Part shown: one piece after another, positions 1 through 12,586 of the stretch
Layout: the number at the start of each line of letters is the position of its first letter
How positions within the stretch are numbered: position 1 is the stretch's first letter
The notes under the pieces: model-generated
Seen by the model: only the letters and a program-made list of their open reading frames with translations
The model's database searches: none
Told to the model about the DNA's origin: nothing
Assembly: GCA_964304625.1 (NCBI GenBank)
Contig: OZ199840.1
Span: 655,284-719,283, forward strand
Length of the DNA stretch: 64,000 nucleotides
From: Kudoa neothunni
Taxonomy: Eukaryota > Animalia > Cnidaria
Reading direction: 5' to 3'
Program-made: the position numbers and the translations under genes

Positions 1-1170
1 ATTGTGCAACTATTCAGCAGATAGCAACTGTCGACAAATTGAAAAAATAGCAGGTCCATAAGAACTTTGGGTTCTTTTCCAAGTTGGTCACAGTATTTTT
101 CATTGATGAGTTGGATAGCTTGAAAAGTGTTTTTATTTCGAATCGACGCAAGCACACCTACCAACCAAACCACTCAATAATAAACAACAACAACTAAAAA
201 TTCTACTTTTCCTATAATCACATTCCATATCGTCGGTTGAAATTCGAAGCCATTTTGCCCTTTTCAACTCTTCAGCAGTTGAACTGTAGCCGAAATAGAT
301 CAAGTAGTTGTAAATATGTCTAGTTGGAAAAAAATTCAATATAGTTGATTTATTAAGTCTTAAAGTGAAGTCACTTAGCAATAGAGGAATGGATATCAAA
401 GCTAGGTTGATAATTTTTGACTAGGTCACAAACCGAATTCACACTTTTCTAATTGGTCATAAAATCAAAAATTTATTCAGTTGTCCTCCCCAAGAATACA
501 CTCACCTGAACATACTCATCGATGTTGTATTTGAAGGGGGTGGCGCCAAAATTAGTACTGGCTGTAATTTTACCATTGTCGAAACCGATAATCGGAAAAT
601 AAATCCCACTCTACATCACAATTGAAATTTAGACGGTTCGTGAAACTATTCAAATACACTGAGAACCGCATATGCTGCTCCTAAATATTGACCATTGTAG
701 GTGAAAAATATTTTCTGAGTAGAAAAGTCGATTCCACATCCAATAGTATCACCGGCATAAATAGGAGGACCAAATTTTATTTGGCTACACTCCAATGTGG
801 ATACCGATCCGGTTAACCCATGATAAATTGGTTGGTCCAATAAATAACGATGACACATCCGTGAATCGTATCCACTATTAATAAATCCATAGATGGCATT
901 TAGTTGGCGGCTATTCTGATAGTTGCATTCGATTGTATTCTCATAATAGAATACTCCACAAGTGAGACTGATGGATTGGTTGCCTTTTATACAAAAAAAA
1001 TCTCGATCTGAACGCAATGGAGGTGTGGCCCATTCCAACGTAAATTTCAAACATGATGACTCCATCTTGTAACGAGGATGCTTCGAACTACTCGACCAAC
1101 GATCTGGTAATTTTTCCGAGTCTGTAAAACTCAAATAGCTACCATATCTCACTTGTGGTGTGGTAGACAT
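1..1170 (-). CDS. RanBP9/RanBP10-like (CTLH/GID complex) SPRY + LisH protein; multi-exon, 3' end runs off the window
   Basis: ORF 646-1170 reads LPDRWS...CGVFYYE...YHG...FGP...GDTIGCGIDF...FFTYNGQYLG, the RanBPM-type SPRY pattern. The next exon (about 506-610) reads YFPIIG...TNFGATPFKYNIDEY. ORF 133-399 contains LisH-like IYNYLIYFGYSSTAEEL. True start is uncertain. Confidence 0.8.
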
Positions 1171-2303
1171 GGAAGGTTAGAACTATAATCTTTTTATGCG
1201 CATGCGAGAAATATCCCCTTCTTGTGTTTGGATATTGTTCTAACAAACATAAAAACCTTTTTTTAAAGATTTTTAGGTATTTTTAATACCTAGAATAACA
1301 GAATATAGATTAAAGATATTTAATAAATTTTTGGGGGGATTAAAGTTCCGATAAAAACTAATAAGTTTATTAAATGAAAAGTTTTTGATTTTAATTTTTT
1401 GTAATGTTAGTTTAAAAAGTGAATTGTCACTTAATTCCTAAGTATATTGTATAATAAATCTTTATTGGATGTATTGATTTTTTAAATCTTGTTTGTAGGT
1501 TGTTAATAGTTTGAATGAAGTGTACAGTGAAGTAGTAGGAAACCAGTCTCAAGAGTAAGAAATTTAGGTTAATCATTAGAGATGCGACTTTATAGGTATG
1601 TTGATGTTTGATATCGTAAAATTAACATACCACTTATCGTATATATTCGCTGAAATGTGTGAACGCTTTTGATGTGAACATTATTTGCAAATCCAACGTG
1701 CAGGTTACAAACAAGATATTATCAGCTTATGGAAGGATTAACTTCATTGATAGATGAATATTTATTCTATTTTCAAGATAAATGCCAAATTTATAATTGT
1801 ATATTAAATATAAAAAATAATATTTTGTTAAGGTGGAAAATCTAGTTGGTTTTTCATTTCATTTCTTTTATTGAATTATAATACTTTCTTCATATGAGAA
1901 GTATCTGTGGGGAGAAATTTATTGATAATTATATTTATGTTGAATTACCTTTTGTAACTTTAGACGTAAATATTAAGGAGATTATTAGGTAGGAGTTTCT
2001 GACGAATTTAAGAGGTTAACATGAGAATTACTTTGGAGAGCAAATATCGAAGTTTAACAACGAGCAGAGTGGTTACATGTAGAGAATTTATACTGGGGAA
2101 TGAGAATATACTTATAACCAAGTCTGTAGATCATGCACCAATCAAACAAATAATGTAGATTATTTATAATATTTCTTTGTTTATAACATATTTTAAGAAT
2201 ATACACAATTTTAAAACTATTTTCAAGTTTTCTATCATTCGTATGGGTAAAATATAAGCAGTGACTATTTCATAAATACTTGATAATACCCTCGCGGAAC
2301 AAA

Positions 2304-3079
2304 CTATTTCACACGCAATTAATATCTCTAAAACTAACAGATGAAATTTATTGTAACTTTGTATATTGAAATAACTTCAATGAATATCATCGAATACAGA
2401 TTAGTTGATAAATCTATACATTATATATTTATGGTGATATGGAGAAGGTGGTTAAAACCGAAATAGAAATACACGAGTCAATAAACTATCCGTCCACGGA
2501 TACTCCCAGTGCAAGTTTAACAGAACAAAAGTTTTTGAATTTTCTTTTATTTCATTATCTATTCCTTGTGTGACCTATTAGTACCATCGAAAATACATCG
2601 ATATATAATTTCGTAGTAACCAAAAGTGGATTGGTTGATTTAATTATTGTGCTTTTAATATTTAAGAGGTCTCTTCCTGGAGTTATTGCAAGCTGAAGTA
2701 TGATGTTTTTTCATAAATATTTTAGCACTTTCTAACTCATCTAAAGAATTAAACTTCATGCCAACGTTAAACAAACTCTGATTCATCACTCGGGTGCACA
2801 AATGAATGAGTAACATGCACGTGGTCATTAAAAATTTTCGTTATTGATTTATAAAACTGTTTAATACATTTCTGAACGAATACTTTGATTGTTATTTATT
2901 TCTAAAGTTAAAAAACCCGTTCACATCAAGTCACGTGCGTTACTTTAGGGTCACTTATACTACAAGTATTTGCTTAAAAATTCATAAATCAATTGCTCTT
3001 TATGGACTATGTTAAAAGGTGAATTTTCGGAAAATTATATTGATTAGTTTTAGAAATTTTAATTGCCTGTGAAATAGCC
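2304..3079. repeat. Pair of about 45-bp imperfect inverted repeats (possible old TIR element); a third copy ends at about 54175
   Basis: 2304 ctatttcacacgcaattaatatctctaaaactaa approximates the reverse complement of 3044-3077 ttagttttagaaattttaattgcctgtgaaatag. 54085-54175 aligns with about 2985-3078 (aatcaatt..tctttatgga..ttagtttt..attgcctgtgaaatagc). No clear TSD. Confidence 0.55.
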
Positions 3080-3522
3080 ACTGCCGAAAATAAACGTTTT
3101 CTCGTCATCGAATGGGAATAAATTTGGAAATTTTTGTTTTCCAGAGAGTCCTTAAGTAAAGTCTATAATTTTTTTTTAATTTTGTAAACTTATTTCAAAA
3201 AATGGACGATATATAACAAATTAAGCTGAACTGAGATAGTTAACAATGATAACTGAGCTAATTTATTAATTTAGTTAAAAAAATGGTCAAATTACTAACT
3301 TGATAATTATCTTGGCGAATACAATAATTAATTATTTTATTAAGGAATTCTTTTTTATAGTTTGAAAAAATAATTTTGAATAAACCTGGAAAGATTAAAC
3401 TTGAATAAAAACCAGGAGATATTATTGATTTAACTTAACATGTGGTAGTATTCTTAGCTGTATTGAAAATTTTAAGACCTTTTTACTTAAAAATCTTTTA
3501 CAAAGGAACATATAATGTTGAG

Positions 3523-4858
3523 CATGGGTGGTCAAAAATTAATTTTTGAAATTAATTGCATTTATTAGAAAAATATTGGCGATAATCCAATATCACCAAA
3601 GATCATTTGTATACTTCGGCATAAAAATGTTCCATTAGTTAATTTTGTCGAAAATATAAATAACAAGAAATTTATCATTTTCTTTAACATTAGTATAAAT
3701 TTTCAGTTAAAATATTTTATAAATGAGTATAAAATCTAAATAATTAAATTTGAAATCTCCAGGGATGCTTGCAATATTTTATTAATAAAACTTATCTTTA
3801 TTGAAATATCTAAGATTTGAACCTCGTTATGCAATGCATATTTGGACATTTATTGAAACCACATAATCCAATGTAAATTGAGATAAAATTAAACGAATGT
3901 TTTAGTTTTTTACGTAAATAACAAAATCATCCAAGATAAACAATAAACGTTGACACACAATATATGACATGAACTAAATAAAATAACTGAAAGATAAAAT
4001 AGAGAAGAATTAACTGTAAATTGTAAATTTGATGATACTACTTCATAAACAATTTTATTGATCCATTATCTTTTATTGGATTATAGAAATATATTCGTAT
4101 CGAGATTTATGGGGGAATAATTTTGGCCAATGTCGTCAAAGGTATAACCAGCGTAGCTGAATAATCTTCCAACCAGATTAGAGGATGATAGAATAAATCT
4201 TGCGCTCATATAGTGAGGAATTTCTGTTGTTGGTTTCAATTTTCGTTTTCATGGGGAATTAAGGGAAAAATAATCGGATTCAATAAGAGTCGGTTTCTTC
4301 TATTAAAATTTACTCAGACAATTTCAGATTGAACACGGCATGTTTCTCTTCGGAAGTTAATTCATCGATTCCATTTACTTGAATTTTGAAAAAGCCGTTT
4401 CCTAAATTCCTTGAATGTATAATATTTGTATTTTTACAGAAGTTCATAAATATATTGGGTACGCTATAATAACTTAATCGAAAAAGTATTTTCCATGTGC
4501 TATAATTAATAATAATAATAATAATCGATTTCTGCAGAGCTGAAGTTATTGAATAGAACTTTTTTAAATAGCTTTGGAATTCAGAAATTTCTAAATTTTG
4601 CATTGGCACCAAAAAATGATTCATCATACATTTTTATTGGTAAAAGCGAGTTCAGCTGAATAAAATTGTATTTTTTCGTATCCGCCAACAATTTCAACTC
4701 TACTAAAACATCCGGTATCATATTTCAGAACATGTCTCATATAAGTGAATTTCCTCAACAGAACAGAAAAGTTTCGATCCAAATTATCGTATTAGAATTT
4801 TTTTCGTAAATGCATTATTTCAATTATTTTTTTCTCAATTAATTTTTGATCACCCCTG
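3523..4858. mobile_element. Non-autonomous hAT-type DNA transposon (MITE-like) with 8-bp TSD
   Basis: Left end catgggtggtcaaaaattaatt; right end (reverse complement) caggggtgatcaaaaattaatt. The identical 8-mer atgttgag flanks both ends (3515-3522 and 4859-4866). Confidence 0.85.
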
Positions 4859-4894
4859 ATGTTGAGTTCATATCAGTAGGTTGAATTAGGAAAC

Positions 4895-5510
4895 AAACAC
4901 GTAATTTGAGTGCCAGTACATTGGACTGTTACTCCAGTGGTTGTGAGTTCAAATCCCGGCTCTGTTAAAACTGTCTGCTTTTTCCACTTCCATTGGCAAT
5001 AGAAGCATTACAAGGAATTACGACTCATTGACTAATTTCATTCATCGGCAGTCAAGTGGTTCAATACAAGGGGTTGTAAGATTTGGCGTTCCTTTACTTC
5101 TAATCCGAAATTAAGTAGGATAAAATGTAGTAGTAATCGCAAGGATCTGCGATTTGTCATAGCCTTGCTTGGAGCTGAAAATGTAGCTTGGCAGGAAGTT
5201 AAATCTCTGGAGCTCATAAACGCGGGGGTACAGAGACGAAATACAGTCCAGTAGGGGTTTTCCGTAGATCCGACGCCCCCATTCAGACGACTTTCCCAGA
5301 CTAATTCTGGGTTAGTCTAGAGTATGGTTGGAGCGGTGGTTGCTCCGAAACGAGGATGTTTAATGGGTTAAAATCCCACACAATCGCATAAACGTAAATT
5401 TCCTTAATATGACGCTGCGATGCCTAAATCGTAAATGGAGAAGGCCCCACCAGCCCGAACTTTACAACCTAACAAGTTGCGCCAGGGGATTGACCTTGTA
5501 AAAAAAGAAC
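4895..5510 (+). mobile_element. tRNA-derived SINE-like element, copy 1
   Basis: Head has an anticodon-arm-like ttgga-ctgttac-tccag and a B-box-like gagttcaaatcc. Body 5090-5500 aligns closely with 36670-37075. A-rich tail. Confidence 0.75.
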
Positions 5511-5650
5511 AAAAAATGGTTAAAGTTAAGGTATTTAAGAAATGATTTTTATTATTCCATAAGAAAGTTTAACAGAGTTAAATTCGTAGATTACACGAGA
5601 AAATAAGGCGAGTGGTTACATCTGAGCTGTTGTTGGGCTTACCCAACTCT

Positions 5651-6837
5651 TTAATCCTTACGGGACCAAGCAGGGTCTACCGAGACCCCAAGATATGTCT
5701 TTTTGAAGATACCTCTAAAATCGGCTTCCAGAAATATTAAAATTTTTAGAATACTCATAAAACACATTAGGCTATACATGGAGAGAAAATATTTTTTCTT
5801 TGTTTTTTAAATTTATAATAAAACACAATATTTTGATTGCAATTAATTATAAATATCCTTAACCTCGAATATTTATTTATTTCAGTAATATATATTAAAA
5901 AATATATTTCATTTAATCATTACATGTGTATGAAAATAACGACCAAAAATCTCAGAATATTACCGTCATACATTAGTGATAACTAATCCGATTGATCTCC
6001 TATGTTTTGTTGCTTTTCCTAACAAATTGAATTTGTTTTTCTAAAAAAATAATTAAAATAATGCTAAAGACTACATCAATGATTATTTGGAGATTGAGGC
6101 AATATCTGAATATAACATGTCTGAACCAGACTTGGAATGCATGGATGAAAGTATACGACATTGAGAAATACGATGACCAATCCGAAGGTACGGATTATTT
6201 ACATGAGTATGTCTAAAATGTTTCAATGTTTTTCTGGTCATCTGCATTGGAATGACTTTCGAAATTCGTAGGTTTAAAACTCGAATGGCATATCATTTGA
6301 TTTGGGTCACGATTATTTATAAACCTTGATATGAAAGAATACTTAATTCTGAATAAAAAGTTGCATTTGAAAACATAATGAAATTTGTATAATTTACAAT
6401 AAATGTTAAACTTAATCTCAAAATCAGTTCTTCACCGTCAGGTGGCAGCCGAATGCTACAGATAAAACGTGCATGTGTCATGTAATATTTTTCCTCGTCT
6501 ACTTTCTAATTATTGATTCCATTATGTCTTGAGCTTCAAAAGATAATTTAATTTTTCATGAATCAACAATATATGCACATATCAGAGTATATAATGTGAT
6601 CATTCAGGTGTTACCTTCATGACCTACCGAATCACAAAAAATTAGATTTTTATTGACAATTAAGAAATTGCATAATAATTGTAACGTCAATCAGTTCATT
6701 ATTATGTTTAACTTAAGGTGTACGGGTGTTATATAATTTAATTAAATTTAAGTTCCATTTCTATCAGAGTTTCGCTAGACCCCGCTTGGGCTGGCACACA
6801 CACGGTTTTTCAAATCGGTTGGTCCCGGAAGGGTTAA
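5651..6837 (+). mobile_element. Internally deleted piggyBac-type element
   Basis: TTAA at both ends (5651-5654, 6834-6837). TIR ttaatccttacgggaccaa versus reverse complement ttaacccttccgggaccaa. Subterminal inverted repeat ccaagcagggtctaccgagac versus rc ccaagcggggtctagcgaaac. A possible acidic coding remnant lies near 6075-6200; strand is tentative. Confidence 0.8.
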
Positions 6838-9321
6838 ACAGACCTATATGATGGGAACTCCAAAATTTAATAGGTTACATCGGTGATTTTTATTTTTAAA
6901 CAAAAAAATATTTTTCTGGGAATTTTGTACCTATTTTTCATTCGATGGTTAATCGTTGTCGAGAATGATTGCTTCTACTTATATTTTGAAACAAACGTTA
7001 TGAATATCTAAATATCCTTTTAATCAAAAGGATAACATGAATTTGTCTCCTGATGAAAAAAACTATGAGAGTACTATTGTGAGAAAAGGTTGTCATAGTG
7101 TATTTTTCTATGTAAACTCAGTATATTGTATAGATAATTATTATTACTGTCTCTTAAATTTGCATAAAATAAAAATTATAGCCTTATCGAAAAGAGAAAA
7201 GACTTTTTGAAATATTTTTAACACATTCCTTACCAAATATTTTTATGCCGTCTAATGATGATATATTACGTGAAAATGCTTTATAAACTATTAAAAATGT
7301 CAAAATATTAAAAAAAATTAATCATTATCATCAAATTACAGGAAAAAGGAAAATTAAATAAAAATCCTGTTCATATTTATGATAAGGTTGTAAAAATTTC
7401 ACACTATCCTTAAAATGCATTCAAGATTTATTATTTATCTGATTTAGAAACTATGGTTTAATATACTCCATATGCTTAGATCGTTCATATTTTTAGTGCG
7501 TGTGCGCCGATAATGGTAACGAATATCATTTTTAAAATTATTCAATATCTACAAATATTTTAATCAATAGCTTTAGAATAGATTTACGGCAGATTTAGTT
7601 TTAGTATATATATTATTTTCTTGAAGTAGATGTATTATATAACTAACGCAAAAGCCCCACTTCGCGTAGGTTTCCTTGCCGGCCAAGTAGACTAAAGCCT
7701 TGAGTAGGCCAAGGTCATTTTAAGTTTAAGTAAATCAAGAGTATTTGGATAAATAGTACAGAGATTACACAAATAAAGTTTGATTTATTTAACTAATATA
7801 AAAAAGGTGTAAAATCTAAAAATAAATATTTATTAATTAGTTTTTGGTTATAAAGTATAATATTTCGCCGCATATTTATGATCTACTGAAACACCAAATA
7901 TTGGTATGTGAATATATGATCTATTTAGGTTTCTTGAGCGTTGATTGTTACGTTTGACATATTACGTTTACAAAAATGTACTTTTAAAGAAAGTAACCAA
8001 ATATCACATGAGTTTGCTTGAAATTAATTTAATTTTATAACACATTGAAACATAATGAAAGAATATATGACAGGATTAAAACTTGTTTGTGGTAAATTTT
8101 ACCCCCAAATCCTTAGAGGATGAAAAAGGGACTATATTTAAATTTCTGAATAAGTATTCTAAGGTTGTAATTCATCCGAGCTATTTTGAATTTGTTTTTA
8201 GATGAATAAAAATTACTAAGCTATTTTAAAATTATTTGGAGAGAATAGTTAAATTAGAACGTTGTGAAGATGCATTCTTATCTCTTATTCATTTAAATTA
8301 TAAACGAACATTGGTTACAAAAGTGCTAAATTAAAATAGCCAATAGAATCAAAAATCAAATATGTGTTAATTATATCGTTTCAATTTTAACTTCATCTTT
8401 ACTCATTAGATAACATAAAACGTGAAAATTCGAATATCATCACCTTTAATTAAATGGAAAAATAAGAGAAAATTTTCTTTAAAAGTATTTAGATGTAATT
8501 CTGCCACCTCGAATCTGCAGGATAAAATAAAAATGAAAGAATAGAAATTAGTAATTAAGAAAATACGCAATAAAAATAACATCATTATTCGATTATTCAT
8601 CATATGAAATTCTTATAATTCAGCGAATCTTTAATCTCACATGAGAATACATGATTTATGGGCATTCTGCTCGACAACCACACTAATCGTCGAGTATGCT
8701 CATCAACTATAGATTCGATTATAAACTAAAATATTTTATTGAATTCTCAAAAATTTTCTAACTTTTAGGAGATATAAAGTAAAATAATATTAATATATCT
8801 CAGGCGATAATTAATTTGTTAAAATCTTTGATAAATTGAAACTTTAAGAATATATTAATAAGAGATTTTGAATATTTTTAAAATTGGAAATTTTAAAGGA
8901 AACACACTCGTGATTTTTCCAAAAAGAAATAATCGTTGGTCTCCAGCAGAGTTAAATCAACAGAGTATAGATCAATTAATTGAAAGTCGGTTCAATAGAT
9001 GAATAAATTAATTGAATTGGACCTATTTGATTACATCTGGCATTAATCCGTGATCTCAATTAGATGATAAGATATCGAAAAAAATGAAGGTTGCTAATCT
9101 CATCTGGGCAATACACACATTACAAAAATAGGAAAGCATTAACATGTTTAATAAAGATCCTATACGATCACACAGTCACATCCTAGCAATAACTATCCAC
9201 ATCCAAGTAGATGCAATTATATGGTTTCGATTGGCGTCTATTTAAAAGGTGTTAAAGTAGTTATTGTCAGAGAAAAGTTATTCCTTTGAAAAAGTTTTTT
9301 ATACTTTTCAATACATGTGAA

Positions 9322-11368
9322 ATGGAAAGCTATATATATCACACGAATACACGGTGTGCATTGATTATTCTTTTTGTGATTGTTTTGAAGAGCCGCCTTA
9401 TCGGTGTGGTAAATACAGCGGAAAGCGTTTCTGGCACCAATTTTGATAGTCTGCTCGAGAGAAGCATCGAAAAAATTCTCACCCAAAAAATCAATCCCGC
9501 AAGTTATCTACAGAGAAAATCCATTATCAGCAGCAACGTTAACAACAACAGTAGTAATAATAGTAATAAGGAGGCTGATTCCACCGACCAAAATACAACA
9601 TCATTGATGGAAATGGTAAAAAATATCATGCGAGAAAGTAGCACAATGGTCAATAATAATAACAGCAATATAATTCATCATCTACTTCAATCAAAAATGC
9701 GAATTCTAATGACGAGGGTCATACGGAAAAACAAATGTTAATTGTTTCAAAAAATGGTTCGAATTCTAATGTTAACGCCAATGGTGCATATATAACTAGA
9801 TTTTTTAAATAATATCAGTTCAGATGACAATATGGAAGCGGAAGTGTTACGAAAATATTTTATCTGATTTTATAAAATCTTCATTAAGTAATTAATTGTG
9901 TGAAAATTACACCACCTTGAATATTATTTTATAGCGAATAAAATAGATGAAGCGAAAAAACAAATTATACAAACTATTCTCAAGTTACTTGGTATAATTT
10001 GTAATAATATAGAACGTCTCATCTAATGTGTCTGAAATAGATAGTGATAGTAAGCCACAAAGTACAACTAGCAAAAGTAAGAAAAATCTCGGTTTATATT
10101 AAACATTTATATTGTGTAGAAAAAAGCCAAACATGTGTGGACGTGTACAAAGAATGTCGCGATTTGAAAAATAATGGGATTTGTAAATCTGCGCCTAATT
10201 TAATGAAGAAAAATTGTAAATACACATGTGGATTCTGTGAAAAAAGTGTTAGATTTCGCGTGGGAAATTTAAAAAACACGTTGAATGATTTAGAAACAAG
10301 TATTAAAAATGATAAAAAGAAAAAAACCAAAAAAAACAAGCAAAACCCCTCTAAAAAGTAAATACCTTTTCAATAATTTATCTGCTGAATGGATGTTATT
10401 TAGAAAAAACAATAAAAAAAAAGATTCCAAAAAAGAAACAAACTCCCAAACAAAAATTACAAAAAAAATATAAATGTCGACTACACTGTAAACGGTAGGT
10501 TGATTTTATTTATTGGATATTGTCTTAATGGTAAATTATTTTCAGCCATTGTACTCGTGATTGTCCTCGACACTGTTGCGCCCCCAATCGCTCAAACATT
10601 CGGCCACAGGCAACAACATCAAACCATTGTAGCCCACTGTGTGCCCAAGTAAGGAACTTTTATTGTTTTATTCTCAATATTAATATAGAGTTGCATTCCT
10701 GAGTGTCCTCCCGAATGTTGTCAGAGAAGAGCAAACCCAATGGAGGCCAAAATGGTAAATTTATTGGCATTTTTCGGATTTATTTGCAAAATGTTAGGGA
10801 ACAACTTTATCGATACATATCAAAATAATGAGCCGAATAATTTACCTTCTAGCTTTTGTTTTAATGATCCGAATTGTCCCTTATCGTGCTATCCTGGGTG
10901 CGACCCTAGATGCTGCCACCCCGAGAGTGAAGCTGTTAATCTGTTGAAAGAATCATTTTTAAACACCTATAATATGCAAATATTGAATCCAGAAGTGAAG
11001 ATATCGCAAACACATCACCACCTGAAATGATGTCCCCCATTGACTCCTCCTCCGGGCGAAAAAGCTATTTCTCCTGATACGCCTACAGCCTGTCCCTCGT
11101 TTTGCTCTGATCGAAACTGTAACATTGACACCTGTCCCATAGCATGTTGCAACCAAAGTGAAATAGCTTTTATAACCACAACTAAACGTATTGTTATTTG
11201 TTTGAGTCCAATATGCAAAAAAAATTTTTAGCGATCGATATCAACAATGACGAAAATGAACATTATCTGAGCAACTCAAATGAAATTGTACTGACCAACT
11301 GCCCCACCGACTGTATGTACAACTGTACAGATTCTTGTTTTAGAAATAAATGTTGCGACAAAAAATAA
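9322..11368 (+). CDS. Secreted ShKT-domain protein with five minicollagen-type Cys-rich domains (candidate nematocyst/polar-capsule protein), multi-exon
   Basis: Hydrophobic N-terminus (CALIILFVIVL). ShKT CVDVYKECRDLKNNGICKSAPNLMKKNCKYTCGFC at 10134-10238. Lys-rich linker. Spliced CRDs: CRLHCKRHCTRDCPRHCC, CSPLCAQSCIPECPPECC, CFNDPNCPLSCYPGCDPRCC, CPSFCSDRNCNIDTCPIACC, CPTDCMYNCTDSCFRNKCC, then stop TAA at 11366-11368. Confidence 0.85.
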
Positions 11369-12586
11369 TTTTGATAATATCAACTTTTTATGAAAAATAT
11401 TCTTATGAACTAATATTTCTAGCGGTGTTAATCTAATAATTTGTTAGAACTATTTTTATTGCACTGTAATGTGTTTATTTTTATGCCATTCACTAGACAT
11501 TTATTAATTAATTTATTTAATAATTTTACGATCCAATCCAACTTTAGCTTTCTAATAAAATTACAAAATAATGTAGGATTTTCTAATATTTATTAATTCA
11601 ATATTTTTTCATTTATTCCATAAAATATTTACCCATTAAATTTTTCAATAACAGAATGTTTCATGTTTTTGATTATAGTATTTGGTTGGGAGATTTAGAT
11701 TTATGGTGTAAAATTAATAAAAAATTAAAGAAATATAATAATAATATTTAAATTATTGTTGATAGTTTAATAAAACTTTAAAATGCTTCTATAAACTAAT
11801 TTCTACGAAAATTTCTTTTACATAATAAGATTTACTAATTGGTAAAGTTAACTTATAGTTATTCTTATTATAGAGTCGTTAATTATCAATTAAACTTCAA
11901 AAACCTAGATATTATAAATTATAATATTCGTGTTCGCAAGTTTTAAACCTCGTAAACAATTTTCTTATTTAATTTAACAATCTCTTGAGTTATTTAATTA
12001 TTATAAAATTAAATATTTTAATTTTTTCTTTTTGCATTATTATATTTGGAAAGAGGTGTTAATATTTAATTAGTCTTGTTTCCTTTTTAACCATGCTTCT
12101 TTACGCACCGAAAATATTGATTATAAAATAGTAGAAATTATACAAGTGGGGTGCAATAAAAAATTAATTAAACTTTATCGCCGAATCCCTCGCCAGCCGG
12201 TCGGCCGGTCATTGGTGTCTTCTGTTCTGCGACAGTTAACAGATTTTTCGCACTTTTTATGTGCGCGCCACAGGAAAAAATAAAGTTGGGCCTACAGATT
12301 TATACAACTGCATTAATCTACCCCCATTTTATTTAAATTATATTATTAAATAATATATTACATTTAGTTTATAGTATAATTAATGACCCATATGAACCTA
12401 TCTAAATTTTAGGATATGCAACAAGTACCTTAACAAAAAAAGAATTCTCGTCAATACGTTTACATTAATTGTTATTGATATGACTCCATCTATTAAAATT
12501 ATAATTAATATATTACTATAATTCTCGTATTTCTCTTGAAGTAGAATACCTTCAATGAATACAGGAAATAACACGATTAAGTTGAT

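Noticed and set aside
4895-4965. Functional tRNA-Asn(GTT)
   Set aside because: Only anticodon-arm and T-arm-like parts are visible, the acceptor and D arms do not pair convincingly, and it heads a dispersed repeat.
11028-11030. In-frame TGA in the CRD gene as selenocysteine or readthrough
   Set aside because: A compensating -1/+1 indel pair in nearby homopolymers gives a more natural Pro-rich linker (TSPPEMMSPLTPPP), and no SECIS was identified.
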